Shown: piece by piece, positions 16,764-25,154 of the stretch
Layout: each line of letters begins with the position of its first letter
Numbering within the stretch: the first letter of the stretch is position 1
Assembly (NCBI GenBank): GCA_018260615.1
Contig: JAGWDQ010000088.1
Span: 18,307-44,675, forward strand
Direction: 5' to 3'
Length of the DNA stretch: 26,369 nucleotides
DNA from: Candidatus Altarchaeum sp.
GTDB taxonomy: Archaea > Altiarchaeota > Altiarchaeia > Altiarchaeales > Altiarchaeaceae
Program-made: the position numbers and the translations under genes
The notes under the pieces: model-generated
The model's database searches: none
What the model was told of the DNA's origin: nothing
Seen by the model: the letters and a program-made list of their open reading frames with translations, nothing else

Positions 16764-16837
16764 CGAGCCCGCCGGGATTCGAACCCGAGTCGTTCGCTCC
16801 GAAGGCGAACAGTATATCCAAGCTAGCCCACGGGCCC
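16764..16837 (-). tRNA. tRNA-Arg (anticodon UCG)
   Basis: Reverse complement GGGCCCG...CGGGCTC-G, anticodon arm TTCGC-CT-TCG-GA-GCGAA, T loop TTCGAAT. Confidence 0.96.
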
Positions 16838-16879
16838 AAAAATTAAAGTGAAGATTTTTACACCTTATATCTGACATAC

Positions 16880-16984
16880 TTATTCTTTTTTCAAGTATAT
16901 TTCCTTGTATTTTTCAAACTCTTCTTCTAAGTGTTTTGCCTCTAATTTATCCAAACTCAAGAGTTCTATAGTCAAATCATCCAT
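16880..16984 (-). pseudogene. Short acidic ORF MDDLTIELLSLDKLEAKHLEEEFEKYKEIYLKKE, possible gene remnant
   Basis: Hand translation, 34 aa, protein-like composition. No family can be assigned. Confidence 0.25.
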
Positions 16985-17179
16985 TTTCTTTTTAAATTTT
17001 CTATATAAAAATCCATTATAAAATTTAGTTTTGTTATAATTTAAATCATGCAAACAATCATAAAAATAAAAGATGGCAACGCAGAAATTTCAGTTCCTGA
17101 AAATGAAAAAATTTTGGGCAAAATTCCCTTATTCAATCCCTCAATGAAATTTAACCCGGACTATTCAAATATATTTTTT

Positions 17180-18886
17180 TTAACTTAAATTTTTCACCAT
17201 CCAAAACCCATCCCTTTTATAATTAAATTTCCTGTAATATTCCCTGGCACCGATTCCGCTCATCACCGAAATTTTCTTTGCACCAAACTCCTCTTTTGCG
17301 ATTATTTCTGCTTCCTTCAGCAAATTTCTTCCAAATCCCCTGTGTTGCACTTCATCCATCCTTGCCTCCTTTCCTATTTCAACTTCTTTTCCGTAAACAT
17401 GCAGTTCCCTGACCAGCGCATTTTTTGTTTTGTTAAAATTTGAAGGTATTCTCAATCGCAGGAATCCGATAAGTAACTCGTTCTTAACATCTTCATAACT
17501 TATAAAAATTTCCGTTCCTTTTGATGCATCATAGTCCTCCCGCAGCAATTTCACATTGTCAAAATCAATGCTCTTATCTCTAATCTCTCTGTGCCTTATT
17601 TCCACACATTTTAAATTTTGCCCCTTTAACTCTGTATCAACTAACTGCTCCAGATTGCTCGCCTTAATTCCCGCCTCAATCATATAAGCAGGAATGTCCC
17701 GCATTACCCTCATTACTCTAACCCATTTTGGAAGTGAAGACATAACCTTTGCTATCAGCTTTACTGCATTTTCAGTTGTTAACGGTTCAAAATTTCCTGC
17801 AGCATACTCATCATAAAATTTTGTTCCTTTAATTATCAAAGTAGGATAAATTTTTAACATATCCGGCATGAAATTTTCATCCCCATAAATTTTTTTAAAT
17901 CCCCTCAAGTCCAATTCCATGCTGTATTCGGAATTTCCAAGTAATCCCGGCATCATATGATAACAGACCTTTAACCCATAGTCCTTCAATAGTTGTGTTG
18001 ATTCAATAACATCCCGGACACTATGCCCGCGATGGACAGCAGAATAAACAAAATCGTACGGGTTTTGAACTCCTATTTCAACCCTTGTTGCACCGCATTT
18101 CAGCATTCTTAAAATTTCTTCCTTTTTTGCATAATCGGGTCGTGATTCAAATGTCAGTCCGACACATCTTATCTTTGCCCGCTCATTCTTTCTCTGAATT
18201 TCTTCCGAATAATGAAATTTGTGAAATTTTCCTCCGTCGGGCATATTCTTGTCCTCATCATAAATTTCAGTAAATTTTTCCTCCCCGGATTTTTCAATAA
18301 TTTTTAAATTTTCGTAAAAATCGTTCATTGCCTGAATGCATCTTTTTGAAAAATATTCCATGTAGTCAATGTCCTGGGCAGGCAAAGTCCCTCCCATAAT
18401 TATTAACTCAATTTTATCAACAGCGTGCCCGAGTTTGTGATACTGATATAACCGGGAAGTCGTTTCAAGATAGGAATCAAAGTGACACTGAATGCCCCGC
18501 ATCGTTGACGGCTCTTTTCCGGTATAACTCTGGGGAACATCAATTTCCACACCGCCGGGACAATACGCACATTTTCCGTGAGGACATTTAGATGGCATTG
18601 TCATACAGGCAATTACCGTAACTCCTGCATAAGTCCGTGATGGTTTTTTCTGCAAAATTTTTAAAATTTCACCCTTTTCATCGGGCTCAGCACACTGCAA
18701 AATTTCAGGATTATTCAGATATTCTGCAATACCAAATTTCTCACAATAATCGGACTTTTCTCTTTCAAGTGCGTCCTTGCTTATAATTCTGCCACTCAAA
18801 ATTTTTTCAATTATTTCCCTGCTTATGTTTTTTCTGATATCCGTATTTGTTTCATTGGCCATATTATCTGTTTTAAATTTCCTCAA
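17180..18886 (-). CDS. elp3: Elongator protein 3 (radical SAM + GNAT tRNA U34 modification enzyme)
   Basis: CPHGKCAYCPGG, QSYTGKEP, MGGT, ESRPD, PDMLKIYP, RVMRVMRDIP, VRELHVYG and QHRGFG motifs. Alternative start ATG at 18862. Confidence 0.96.
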   Translation of the reverse strand: MRKFKTDNMANETNTDIRKNISREIIEKILSGRIISKDALEREKSDYCEKFGIAEYLNNPEILQCAEPDEKGEILKILQKKPSRTYAGVTVIACMTMPSKCPHGKCAYCPGGVEIDVPQSYTGKEPSTMRGIQCHFDSYLETTSRLYQYHKLGHAVDKIELIIMGGTLPAQDIDYMEYFSKRCIQAMNDFYENLKIIEKSGEEKFTEIYDEDKNMPDGGKFHKFHYSEEIQRKNERAKIRCVGLTFESRPDYAKKEEILRMLKCGATRVEIGVQNPYDFVYSAVHRGHSVRDVIESTQLLKDYGLKVCYHMMPGLLGNSEYSMELDLRGFKKIYGDENFMPDMLKIYPTLIIKGTKFYDEYAAGNFEPLTTENAVKLIAKVMSSLPKWVRVMRVMRDIPAYMIEAGIKASNLEQLVDTELKGQNLKCVEIRHREIRDKSIDFDNVKLLREDYDASKGTEIFISYEDVKNELLIGFLRLRIPSNFNKTKNALVRELHVYGKEVEIGKEARMDEVQHRGFGRNLLKEAEIIAKEEFGAKKISVMSGIGAREYYRKFNYKRDGFWMVKNLS

Positions 18887-18889
18887 ATT

Positions 18890-19381
18890 TCAATCCCTTC
18901 TTTTTTTCAGTTTTTTCGCTGTTTCCCTTTTCTCCCAGGGATAAATTATCCATGTATCCGCATCTGTTTCCCCGGCAAAAAAATCCGGTCTTATTTTTGA
19001 TGTTACTTTGTAATGCAGGGTTGCAGTCATTAAATTTTTCGGAAATTTTTTAAGCAAATAACTTTTGGCAAGCATTAAACTATCCCCTGTATCTGCAATA
19101 TCATCAACAAGTAAAACATTCTTACTCTTAACATCAATAGAAACATCCTGCGTAATTCTTGCTTCACCTTTATGGAAGACATCATAACTTTCAACCCGTA
19201 AATTTCCGACATTTCTTACACCGGACAAATCAGAAATTATTCTCGCAGGTATCCAGCCACCCCTGCAAATTGCAACGATGCAGTCAAACTTAAAATTTTT
19301 CTGTATTTTGTCATACAATATTATGCAATCTTTTTCAATATTATCCCAGCTTACTTTCATGAATTTCGTTGGCGCTTTCAT
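18890..19381 (-). CDS. Type I phosphoribosyltransferase (purine salvage, Gpt/Hpt-like)
   Basis: VAICRGGWIPAR, PRPP-binding VLLVDDIADTGDSL, WIIYPWE. Confidence 0.9.
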   Translation of the reverse strand: MKAPTKFMKVSWDNIEKDCIILYDKIQKNFKFDCIVAICRGGWIPARIISDLSGVRNVGNLRVESYDVFHKGEARITQDVSIDVKSKNVLLVDDIADTGDSLMLAKSYLLKKFPKNLMTATLHYKVTSKIRPDFFAGETDADTWIIYPWEKRETAKKLKKRRD

Positions 19382-21443
19382 GTCCTTTGTTTAACCTTTT
19401 CTTCTTTAACATCAAATATATGAGTGTAATGACTAACAAAACAATTACAATGATTGCAATCATCCAAATCCATTCAAAATTTTGCCTCTTTACTTCAACA
19501 ATTTGTTGTTTTGTTTCGTAATGAATTTTTTCAACGGTAACTGTGTAATTTCCTTCTTCGCATATTGCGCCAAAAATTGCCTCTCCGGTTGCATTAGTTA
19601 TATATTGCCCGAGCAGATTTTTCGGTGTTTTAACTGATATTGTTGCATTTTCAAGACCGTTTCCATCACTTGTAACAGTTATTAAAATTTTGTTGTTTTT
19701 CTCATCATACTTTGCATTCATTTCCATTGTCATGTGCCGGACACTAAATTTTTTATTCGCATCCCCAAAACCCGTTGCGGTTGCAGTTATTTCATAATTT
19801 CCCGGACTTAAAAGCAGCACAGTATAATTTTTTGCTGATGTTGATGTGTTTGTTGTTGTTAAATTTGTATCCAAATTTTTTATTTCAATTTGTGCATTGT
19901 TTAAATCATCCCCCTCTAATACAATGTTCAAGTCCTCTCCGACAGAAAATTCCTCGTTTTCTGCCTTATTTATATCTATGGCTAAAATTTTTAACGGCTT
20001 TAAATTTACTTCGACATCTGCAAAATTTTGTGCCTTTCCGACAATTTTATAATTCACAAACTTTGTAAAATTATAAGTTATGTAACCTGCCTGTGTTGAA
20101 TGAAGTATATTATTGATTGTAATTGTTCCGTCAACAGGTGAATCACTTTCATCAAGAAGTTTTATTTTTACATTGTCAAAAATTCTCGGTTTTTCCGGCT
20201 CATAAGCGATTTTAAGCTTTTTCAGGGCGGTAAATGTCTTCTGTCCTGTTTTATAATTTGTCTTTGCTGCGGTTATTTCATAACTTCCCGGATTTGTAAT
20301 TGTCCATTTAACTACTCCATTATAATCACTTGTTTTGTACGTGTCTAAATTTTCTCCCTTTAATGTAACTTTGACATCCTTTATTCTGACATCATTTGCA
20401 TCTAAAACAACAAATTCATTTTCTTTGCCAAGCACAATGTCGCCGAATGAAATTTTTAATTCGGGATTTTCTTCAATAACAATTGTTCTTTCATCGCTCC
20501 AGTAATCGCTGCCTTTTGAAACACTGATTTTGTATGTTCCGATTGTATCAAGAGTAAAATAAAAGGTCTTATCTGTTAATGTATGATACTGTGGTTTAGG
20601 TCCTTCAATTGTCAGCCATATTCCTGCATAATAGTCATCTGTGTCAAGTGTTAGGGTAACTCTTTCATTTACTTTCGGATTTGCAGGGCTTATGCCTGAA
20701 ATGTTTAACTTTTTCTTAACCTGAAATTCCTTTTCATAATTACAGTAATAATACCCCCTAACTACTTCATTTTTTGAAATTTTTAAAGTATATGTTCCTG
20801 CTGATGCCGGAGAAAACAAGTCGGAAATTTTGAAGTCGGTTCTTCCGTTACTATCCGTTGTTCTTTCTTTTTTTGTGTCTCCGTCAGTAATTATAACTTT
20901 TGCATAATTTATTCCTTTTCCGTCAGTCCCTTTTACAGTTACATATATTCTGGTTGTCGGAGAAATTTTACCTGTTTCTATATCAGGAGAAAATGTTAAA
21001 CTAAAGGTATCTGCGGATAAATCAATATCTTCTGTTTTGGGATACGGTGATGAGCCGGCAATTGTAATTTTCGCCTGAATCGTATGCTTTTCGCATCTGA
21101 AATTTTCCCAATAACTATTTAAAGTATCACCACTATATTTCCCAAATATATAGGGCTGTGTTCTGTTCCCGTCTATTGTCAGTTGTCCCGAATAAATTAC
21201 TTCTTTGTCTCCATCATCATTACTTGTATCTTTAAGTGTAAGATTAAATGTAACGCTGTTTGTATCAGTATTTTTTATTGTGACATTTATCTTTAAGTCG
21301 GCATTTGAACCAATAAAATTTATACTTTCTATATTCAAAGATGCACTTACTTCATACATACATATAAACAACACAGATATGGCTATTATGGCAGTCACTC
21401 CTAATGTCAAAAATTTGCCCCGAAAAATTTTCCTTTCGTCCAT
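19341..21443 (-). CDS. Membrane-anchored extracellular protein with repeated Ig-like/carboxypeptidase-regulatory-like beta domains
   Basis: N-terminal hydrophobic signal, repeated motifs (TTDSNG, SDYNGVV, TNATGEA; Y.ITA.K..Y), C-terminal TM helix followed by KKKR. Confidence 0.7.
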   Translation of the reverse strand: MDERKIFRGKFLTLGVTAIIAISVLFICMYEVSASLNIESINFIGSNADLKINVTIKNTDTNSVTFNLTLKDTSNDDGDKEVIYSGQLTIDGNRTQPYIFGKYSGDTLNSYWENFRCEKHTIQAKITIAGSSPYPKTEDIDLSADTFSLTFSPDIETGKISPTTRIYVTVKGTDGKGINYAKVIITDGDTKKERTTDSNGRTDFKISDLFSPASAGTYTLKISKNEVVRGYYYCNYEKEFQVKKKLNISGISPANPKVNERVTLTLDTDDYYAGIWLTIEGPKPQYHTLTDKTFYFTLDTIGTYKISVSKGSDYWSDERTIVIEENPELKISFGDIVLGKENEFVVLDANDVRIKDVKVTLKGENLDTYKTSDYNGVVKWTITNPGSYEITAAKTNYKTGQKTFTALKKLKIAYEPEKPRIFDNVKIKLLDESDSPVDGTITINNILHSTQAGYITYNFTKFVNYKIVGKAQNFADVEVNLKPLKILAIDINKAENEEFSVGEDLNIVLEGDDLNNAQIEIKNLDTNLTTTNTSTSAKNYTVLLLSPGNYEITATATGFGDANKKFSVRHMTMEMNAKYDEKNNKILITVTSDGNGLENATISVKTPKNLLGQYITNATGEAIFGAICEEGNYTVTVEKIHYETKQQIVEVKRQNFEWIWMIAIIVIVLLVITLIYLMLKKKRLNKGHESANEIHESKLG

Positions 21444-21520
21444 TTTCTTTTTAAAATTTTAAAATTTTTAATTTATTGGAATTATTAATAAGATTATATA
21501 TAAAATTTAACATTCAAAAT

Positions 21521-22210
21521 TTAACATTCAGCATCAACAACTATAAATTTCTTATCGCTGTTATATCCTAAAAATTTATGCTCATGGTTCATAATACCCT
21601 TTATAATTTCTTTCTCATTCTCCGATTCCTTATCTTTTGTCCTCTTTGCCTTTAAGTCCTCCGTCTTTCTGTTTGTAATTTTTTCGGCAACCTGCTCATC
21701 GTTCGTCGTCCATAATATATCTGCGGTTGAGTCGGAAAATATTCCTGCGATTCTTAAAATTTTTTCGGAAAAGTTTCCGCAGGAGCATACCTCTTCGCTA
21801 AATTTCCTGCACCGCTTACAATAATAGTCATAAATACCGAAAGTTCTTGAAATGAAGCCCTCAATATATACATATCCGAATGCCGGAATTTCGTCAATAA
21901 ATTTCACGGAATAAATTTTTTCATCAGGAATGTCTGTATTTATTACACTGACTTCTGTTTTTTTTGTGAATACAAAGAGGGGGGACTTTTCAGAAACAAC
22001 CACATTCACGACTTCAATTACATCTTCTTTTTTAAATTTCATTTTTTCCTTTTCGTTCCCCCATGCCATTATTTCCGCAATGGCACTTTCATCGCCAACC
22101 CTGCATTTTAAAATATCCCTGTCGGTAAATCGGACATCGCTAATTACCTTAACCCTTACTGAAATTTCCTCTTTGGGCTTTGCATCTGCAACTGAAATAA
22201 ATGTGGCCAT
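21521..22210 (-). CDS. OB-fold ssDNA-binding protein, RPA-like, with zinc finger
   Basis: First OB fold (VRVKV...VGDESA...MAWG), then YYCKRC...CSCG inside a second OB fold (GIFSDSTA). Confidence 0.7.
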   Translation of the reverse strand: MATFISVADAKPKEEISVRVKVISDVRFTDRDILKCRVGDESAIAEIMAWGNEKEKMKFKKEDVIEVVNVVVSEKSPLFVFTKKTEVSVINTDIPDEKIYSVKFIDEIPAFGYVYIEGFISRTFGIYDYYCKRCRKFSEEVCSCGNFSEKILRIAGIFSDSTADILWTTNDEQVAEKITNRKTEDLKAKRTKDKESENEKEIIKGIMNHEHKFLGYNSDKKFIVVDAEC

Positions 22211-22302
22211 AATAAAAATTTAAAATATCAAAAGTGTTTATTCAATTACAATCAAAATGAAAAATATCAAAAATGTCTTTTACTTTCAATTTATACACTC
22301 AC

Positions 22303-22623
22303 TTATACAATCACAATAATTTTATAAGCAATTATAGATAAAAACACATAAATTAAAGGAATTATAAATGCTACTGAAGAATTAACATAAGATAAAATAA
22401 AAGAATGTTCCTCATTATTTATTTTTCCTCCAAATTCAACCATCAAAATATCTCTGCTTATCAATAACACAAGTAAGCCAATAATTGCAAAAATTCCCAT
22501 TGACGGGATATTTGCTTCAACATTGGTAGTTACATTCAGAGTAGATGACGTGGATATCGCACTTGTAAATGTTGAAATCATCGTAATGAATTTATAATTT
22601 TTTATGCTGTATTTTACAATCAC
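22303..22623 (-). CDS. Small membrane protein (two TM helices, Ser/Thr-rich N-terminus)
   Basis: Hydrophobic segments GIFAIIGLLVLLIS and FIIPLIYVFLSIIAY. Probable start at ATG 22581 (MISTFTS). Confidence 0.65.
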   Translation of the reverse strand: MIVKYSIKNYKFITMISTFTSAISTSSTLNVTTNVEANIPSMGIFAIIGLLVLLISRDILMVEFGGKINNEEHSFILSYVNSSVAFIIPLIYVFLSIIAYKIIVIV

Positions 22624-22760
22624 CCGAATAAAAATATTCGAATAATATTACAATAGCCATTAACAAATTAAATTTTTATAAATAAAAGAATTAAATAATC
22701 AGGAGTAAAAATAATCGGCATATTAAATTTCAAATTTTAATTTCTTTCAAAAAAAATTAA

Positions 22761-23126
22761 TTGATTAAAATGCAGATTTCAGAATTACAATCGCTTATTC
22801 ATTCGGGAAAATTTTGTAAGAATGATGTTATGAAATGTATCTTTGGTTTGAACGATGTTGAGGTTAAAATTTTCTGCAATATTGTGGAAAAGGACTCGGA
22901 TGTGATGGAATTAGCCAGAAAGATAAAAAGAGACAGGGCAACTGTTCAGCGGGTTATAAGAAATTTAATTGCTCTTGGAATAGCGGGCAGAAAAGGTCTG
23001 AATATGAAAAGGGGAAGAAAGTATGTATATTTTGCAGTTACTAGTGAGGCATTAAAGGAAATACTTACGGCGAGGATTGATGAATATTGTAAGTCGTTGA
23101 AGAATATGGTGAATTTGATAAAATAA
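22761..23126 (+). CDS. Winged-HTH transcriptional regulator (TrmB-like)
   Basis: MKCIFGLNDVEVKIF, ELARKIKRDRATVQRVIRNLIALG HTH, GRKYVY wing. Probable start at ATG 22770. Confidence 0.85.
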   Translation: MIKMQISELQSLIHSGKFCKNDVMKCIFGLNDVEVKIFCNIVEKDSDVMELARKIKRDRATVQRVIRNLIALGIAGRKGLNMKRGRKYVYFAVTSEALKEILTARIDEYCKSLKNMVNLIK

Positions 23127-23208
23127 GATGAAGATACACCAAAATTTTAGAAAATTTTAATAAAAATTTAACACTATCGGATTTATTTTTTTGACAAGAA
23201 AGCAAATT

Positions 23209-23676
23209 TAATTATGAAAAATTTGGAGTTAGGAAATAAATTTACAAATTTTGGAGTAAAACAAAACTGTTATATAACAGAATTGTTTAAAACAAAACTG
23301 TTTCAAAACAAAACTGTTTCAAAAAAGCAATAAAATTTTAGAAATTTTTGACAAGAAAGTAAATTTATAGTGAATTCACTAACTTTTGATACCTTTGAAG
23401 TGAATTCACGAGTATAGTAAATTTAAGCAATTTCAAATTCGCAGAGAATTTGAAATATGAGAGCGAAGCGAACTTAAAGTTGACAAATTTACTATAATTA
23501 TAAAAAATTCGGAGTTAGAAAATAAATTTACAAATTTTGGAGTAAAACAAAACTGTTTAAAACAAAACTGTTTAAAACAAAACTGTTTAAAACAAAATTG
23601 TTTCAAAAAGGGTTTTTAAATATTATTTAATTAAAATGTAATTAATGAAACAAAATTGTTTAAAACAAAATTGTTT
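23209..23676. repeat. Array of ten 15-bp boxes (consensus AAAACAAAA(C/T)TGTTT) in three clusters, plus an approximately 60-bp direct duplication
   Basis: Boxes start at 23258, 23274, 23289, 23305; 23544, 23559, 23574, 23589; 23647, 23662. Segment 23225-23271 equals 23511-23557 with one mismatch, and the similarity extends a little further upstream. Confidence 0.85.
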
Positions 23677-23690
23677 CAAATTTTTAAAAA

Positions 23691-25154
23691 ATGGAAAAGA
23701 TAAAATTATCCCACAATTCGCTTGATGTTAAAAATCCATTCGGAAGAGAGAAAGAACTACGAGAGATAGAAAAATACATCTCTACCCATAACAATTTGAT
23801 AATGTTAGGTGCAAGGAGGGTTGGAAAGACAACACTGCTAAATGCCATAGCCAAAAGGAAAGAAAAGGGATATAAAATAATTAGGTATGATTGTGAAGAA
23901 AACAGGAAAATAAGTGCATTCTTTGCAAAGCTGCTTGTATATACAGGAATTCCAAAAATTTTTGTCAGTTCCATCGGAAAGAAAAATAAAGGAGAGCTTG
24001 CAAATGAAAGAAAATCTGCTGAAGAAATTATAAAAAACCAAGTATGTGAACCGTTTCTTATTGAAAATATTGTTGATTCTGATAGCGGAACCGAAGTTGA
24101 GGAGAAAAATATTAATGATTCAACGGCATTTCTTTTGATATTAGGAAATGAAGAAAGTGATGAAGTAAAAAAAGAATATGAAATTGCAATAAAATACAAC
24201 ATTCCTATATTTTGTTTTATAAAAGGATTAGAGGATAAAGAAAAAAAGCCAAATGTAAAACATATAATAGAGGATATTCGTGAAAACAAGAGAGGAATTT
24301 ATAAAAGATATGAAAGCATAGAGGAATTTAAAAATGTCTTAAGCAACAGCATAAAAGAAAAAATAAATGAATGGAACCAAAGGAGTATTATAAGATATGC
24401 AGGCAGTCCCTTTAGAAGTGTCGGGGAGGTATTTTTTACAAATATTAAAAACCAGGATAATAGAAAGTTTTTAATACTTATTGATGAATTTGGGGAATTA
24501 AAAAGAGGAGATAGTAAAGAATTTAATGATTTTTTACCATATTTTAGAACAAAGATTAATGAATTAACGGAAGTAAAAAATTGCATATTTGTTCTTACAG
24601 GGTCCGAAAATGTATTTACAACATCTCCTGCTAAACCTTTTGGGGGATTTAAGCGCATAAAAATAGAGAAATTTGACATTGAGACCGCAAAAAAGCTGAT
24701 AATAAATGCGATGGGATGGAATACGCAAAATTCATCTTTGGATAAGATTATTGAAATAATTGGAACACTCCCTAAAGATTTGGTATATTTTATCGGTGAA
24801 TTAAGAAATCGGAGCAAACAATATTTTAATAATAAGGAAATAAAAAATATTCTGGTAAAGATAATTGATACTGATTCGGAGTTTAAAATAGATAAACAAT
24901 ATCCTTACCTTGAGAAGGGCGGCATAAATTTTCTTAAACATATTTCTGAAATTCTTCCCGCATCAAAAAGAGAGATTTTAAGATGGGATAATAAAGAGGA
25001 AATTTTTGAAAAGATGTGTAACGAATATTTCATTTTGGAAGAAAAAAACGGAAAATATGAATTTGTATCAAAGTTGATAGGGTGGAAGACAATTTATAAC
25101 GATGATAGGGAAAAATTCAACAAAAAATTAGACAAGCTCTTAAAAAATGACTGA
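23691..25154 (+). CDS. Archaeal/STAND-like AAA+ ATPase with an internal DUF4062-like domain
   Basis: FGREKE, Walker A GARRVGKT (aa 40-47), Walker B FLILIDEF (aa 260-267), FVLTGS. Residues about 88-228 carry KIFVSS, ELANER, FLLILG and KEYEIA...IPIFCFIK. Confidence 0.8.
   Translation: MEKIKLSHNSLDVKNPFGREKELREIEKYISTHNNLIMLGARRVGKTTLLNAIAKRKEKGYKIIRYDCEENRKISAFFAKLLVYTGIPKIFVSSIGKKNKGELANERKSAEEIIKNQVCEPFLIENIVDSDSGTEVEEKNINDSTAFLLILGNEESDEVKKEYEIAIKYNIPIFCFIKGLEDKEKKPNVKHIIEDIRENKRGIYKRYESIEEFKNVLSNSIKEKINEWNQRSIIRYAGSPFRSVGEVFFTNIKNQDNRKFLILIDEFGELKRGDSKEFNDFLPYFRTKINELTEVKNCIFVLTGSENVFTTSPAKPFGGFKRIKIEKFDIETAKKLIINAMGWNTQNSSLDKIIEIIGTLPKDLVYFIGELRNRSKQYFNNKEIKNILVKIIDTDSEFKIDKQYPYLEKGGINFLKHISEILPASKREILRWDNKEEIFEKMCNEYFILEEKNGKYEFVSKLIGWKTIYNDDREKFNKKLDKLLKND

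Noticed and set aside
23258-23676. CRISPR array interpretation of the 15-bp boxes
   Set aside because: Units are head-to-tail with no unique spacers and are too short for CRISPR repeats.
23684-24817. Minus-strand ORFs of 201 aa and 172 aa
   Set aside because: Antisense shadows of the ATPase gene, with Phe/Ser/Ile-rich composition typical of reverse-strand A-rich coding DNA.
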